Below are positions 60,831 to 64,000 of a DNA stretch of 64,000 nucleotides, one piece after another. Positions within the stretch are counted from its first letter, which is position 1. Each line of letters begins with the position of its first letter. Source of the stretch: the human T2T-CHM13v2.0 reference genome, Homo sapiens; assembly GCF_009914755.1 (NCBI RefSeq), contig NC_060926.1; one strand, given 5' to 3'. A model generated the notes under the pieces. That model saw nothing but the letters and a program-made list of their open reading frames with translations, made no database searches and had not been told where the DNA came from. A program made the position numbers and the translations under genes.

Positions 60831-61450
60831 TTGCACCTACATCAACAATGACAGACATCATGGTCAGCATCTCCAGTCTCCCCACTGGAACTGGACATGG
60901 CTTCATCGCTGTCAACATGGTGCAGAGTCATGACAAATTCATCACAGTTGGGAAAACCACGCATTTGCCATCCCTGATTATATACCAACTCCCTGTCCCC
61001 ACTCCCTTTTTAAAAAGCTATGGAAACTGAGACTTGGAGAGAATGCATCATTTACGCAAGGTCACACAGCTTATTTGGTGGCAGGTGGCAGTCTAGAGTC
61101 AGTCTATGGCCTCAGATGAAGGCTCTTTCCACAACACTCTGCTGCCATTGTGTTTTTCACAGAGGCAGGCTTGGAAAGTCTGGACTCGCTTTGGAATGCT
61201 CAGGTTTCCAGGGACCTCCCTGAGAGCTCCCAGGTGACTGGCTTCAAGGCTCAAGGCAGGACCCTGGGTCCCACAGTGCCACCTGCAGATGTTGGTGATA
61301 AGAGAAAGAGAGGCTCTCTGTGGAAGGGGCTGAACTTTGTGGGCAGACTTGGCACCAAGCAAAAGGAATAAACAGAGAGCTGAAGTTTCACCCAGGGGAG
61401 GATGAGGGCTCCATACAGATTTGCAGAGACTTGGCGCAGTTGCTTTAGCC

Positions 61451-61609
61451 AGATAATCACACAGGAGCTAATTAGCCCCTTCCTTCCCAGCTCAGCCCTC
61501 TGGGGCAGCAGGATGCTCAGTGGAGAAGAGAAACCCATTAATTACTTTATCAGGAAGTGCTGATAAGAACCCAAAAAAGGTATTGCTCTAAGGCTCTGAG
61601 CTAATTAAA
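61451..61609. promoter_or_regulatory. Candidate enhancer: GATA-ETS-GATA composite plus TAATTA sites
   Basis: ttatcaGGAAgtgctgataa at 61547-61566; agataa at 61451; taatta three times. Motif evidence only. Confidence 0.3.
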
Positions 61610-63024
61610 GAAGGCTGCAGGGTGAAGGGATGTGTCTCACCCAGGGAAAGCAGAGCACACACTTTGATCTTGAGCCCCATAGCCCCAGACTGAGCGCAAG
61701 AAAGGGCTTCTGGGCCCCCAGGGAAACTTCACCCTTGCAGGTTCAGCAACCCCAAGACTGGGATCATTATGAATGAGGAGTCTGCTGGCAGTCAGGCCAG
61801 CTCAGCCTGGGGATGAGGGGTTCTGAAGGAGGCAGTCGGGGTCTCTCCCCCAAGATGCCACACAAATAGCATCACTGGAATGTGATGTAAGGGTGTGCAT
61901 CTTCTGACTAGTATTATTATCATACCCATTTTTTCAGGGAGGAAAACAGGGCTCAAATAACATACAGTGTCCAGTCAGGGATCATTCAAGTAGGAAGAGG
62001 CAGAAACACAACTTGAACCCAGATCTCCAACTGGAAATCCATGTTATTAGCATCACGCTGTGATAGTATTCTGCAGGGTCTGAAGGTGTCGCTTCCAGCC
62101 AGGCAGGCCTGGGTTCCAGTCCTGGGATCCTTCTTTTCTTAGCTCCTAAAGCTAATTCCTTCCTTTCTCAGAATGCTTGTTTCCTCATCACGGCAGCAAG
62201 GCTAATCACACCCACTCAAATGGTTATCAGGAGGAGTATATGAGGCAAGATGACATGTGCCAACCACCTAGGACAGAACCTGGCAGCCATTAGTTTCAGT
62301 CTCCAGTGCACAATTTGCAAACTGGTTTTTAACTGCAAAAATTTTAGTTCAAATATAATCTTACAAAGATACCCAATATGCAAAGAGCTAAAACTGAAAC
62401 TTCTCTGAAGGAAGGGTGATGGGTGGCTCAGCACCCCACCCACTCTGGCCCCTCTCCCACCAGCAGAGGCTCTGTTGAACACTCAGAATTTCTCAGAGCA
62501 CAGTCAGGCAACCTGGATCTGGGGGAAGAAGAATGCTCTGAGATCTCAAAGGACTCTGAACACATGCCCCAGATTAAGACAAATGATATCCTTTTGTTGC
62601 ACAGAGGACATTAACGATATCCTTTTGTTGCCAGAGTGGGTGGGGAGCTGAACCACCCAACAATGATAACATTGTTTCGCTGGATATTTATCAAATGGCC
62701 TAGAGAGGGTGGAATGCCTTTGGTAAGCAGGTATCCAAAGACAATAGCATAGGTCATACTGAAACCTATGTCCCAGGATGTAAGATGTTATGAGTATAAA
62801 CCCTGATTCCTCTGAAGACATTGGAGAGATGCAACCGTCATCCTTGTAGTACCCGAAACATGGTATTCTGGGAGGTTGGGATTGAGGGGATGGAAAAGGG
62901 CCATTTGTCGTGGACTCTTCCTTTGATGAACTCATTTGGAATTACTATAGAAGACACCATACCCCATGGATACACGGTTTCCTGCTCCGGCCCCTCCTCT
63001 GCTAGCTTGGCTACTCAAAATCCA

Positions 63025-63260
63025 ACTAATATTGACTGAATGTCTGCATGCCTGCTATGTATCTGGAACTCCTGAGGCACACTCGGGTCTTACTTCATTG
63101 AATCTTCAAAACTGTCCAGCAATTCAGAGACTCTTACCACAGTTTACGGTTGTGAAACTGAGGCTCAAAGCAGTTTGGGACATTAGTCCTGGACTTGCAG
63201 CTATTGAGAGGACAGGGTTCAAACCTAGCTTCACCCAAGGCCAAGTCCAGTGCTCTTCCA
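63025..63260 (-). mobile_element. MIR
   Basis: gtgaaactgaggctcaaag...gggttcaaacctag...ccaagtccagtgctctt. Confidence 0.65.
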
Positions 63261-63934
63261 AGCCCCCTCCATGAAGCTTTCCAGAGAAATCCTAGCTGTG
63301 CCCAGCCATTCTAGATACTGTCCGGGAGGACACCTTAGAAGCTTAGGACAGCCTGGGTGATTCAGCCTAGAAGAACACACTAGGAGAATGGTGAGAGACC
63401 TGTGTTCTTGTCCGTTCTAATTTTAACCCGGTAGGTCCCTTCTCTAGATGTAGTTTTCTCATCTGTAAAGCTGAGAGAGTGGCTTTCTAAACCACTTCCT
63501 GTTCTGCATCTCCTCCCCATGACTGCCTGTGTACATCTGAAAGCAATGGTTCTGGGGCCTGAGTCTCAGTCTGATGTGTTTACATGTCCCTGGTTTCTTT
63601 CGGCCTGTTCCCCAAGAACGGTCTCCAGGCCCGCGCCCTCAGTGCCCCTGAGCTGCAGCTGCTTGCCTGGCCTCCCAGCCCCAACTGCACCTGTCCAGCC
63701 CGTGCTCTGGGGAAGTTAGCAAGGAATCAGGACCCTGGAAGGTGGCACAGGCTCAAGGTGGCTGCAGAGGAGGCAACTACAAGTGCTGCTGAGGGACCTC
63801 CTCCCGGCAGCCCTCCAGAATTACTGCTCCCCAAAGTAACTCTCAGGTTGTTTTAATGAAAGATAAATGCATGCTACCCTGTGCTCAGTTTTTATTTTCT
63901 AGAATGTGTGGAACAGTGAGGGAATTGTAACATC

Positions 63935-64000
63935 TTTTTTGTTTTGTTTTGTTTTTGAGTCAGAGTCTCACTCTGTCACCCATGCTGGAGAGTGCAGTGG
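63935..64000 (-). mobile_element. Alu, truncated by window end
   Basis: T-rich tail then cagagtctcactctgtcacccatgctggagagtgcagtgg. Confidence 0.9.

Overview
Primate (very likely human/great-ape; AluY, L1PA7-like and THE1 elements are present) non-coding genomic DNA, either intergenic or a large intron. I find no protein-coding exon, RNA gene, CpG island or CRISPR array that I can support; the long ORFs come from Alus, simple repeats or a minisatellite. Much of the window is interspersed repeat: about 30 Alu/FLAM copies (many with visible target-site duplications, TSDs), old L1M/L2/MIR fragments, solo LTRs (LTR10, THE1B/C/D, MLT1, MLT2, LTR16-like, MER67-like) and hAT DNA-transposon relics. 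The most unusual signal is a recurring local copy-and-paste pattern in non-transposon sequence. Four 26-97 bp segments each have a second copy 0.4-4.6 kb away (1/3562, 7778/8155, 20074/24690, 32311/33384), and the inserted copy is usually flanked by a short duplication or microhomology. There are also two fold-back inversions: a 60-bp-arm, 59/60-identical hairpin at 32524-32658 and a perfect 24-bp palindrome inside an AluJ at 50355-50378. Other points are a 57-bp minisatellite with higher-order structure, an intact DUX4 motif in THE1D and several candidate enhancer motif clusters. Repeat subfamily names are from memory of consensus sequences and need RepeatMasker/Dfam confirmation; boundaries of old repeats are approximate.
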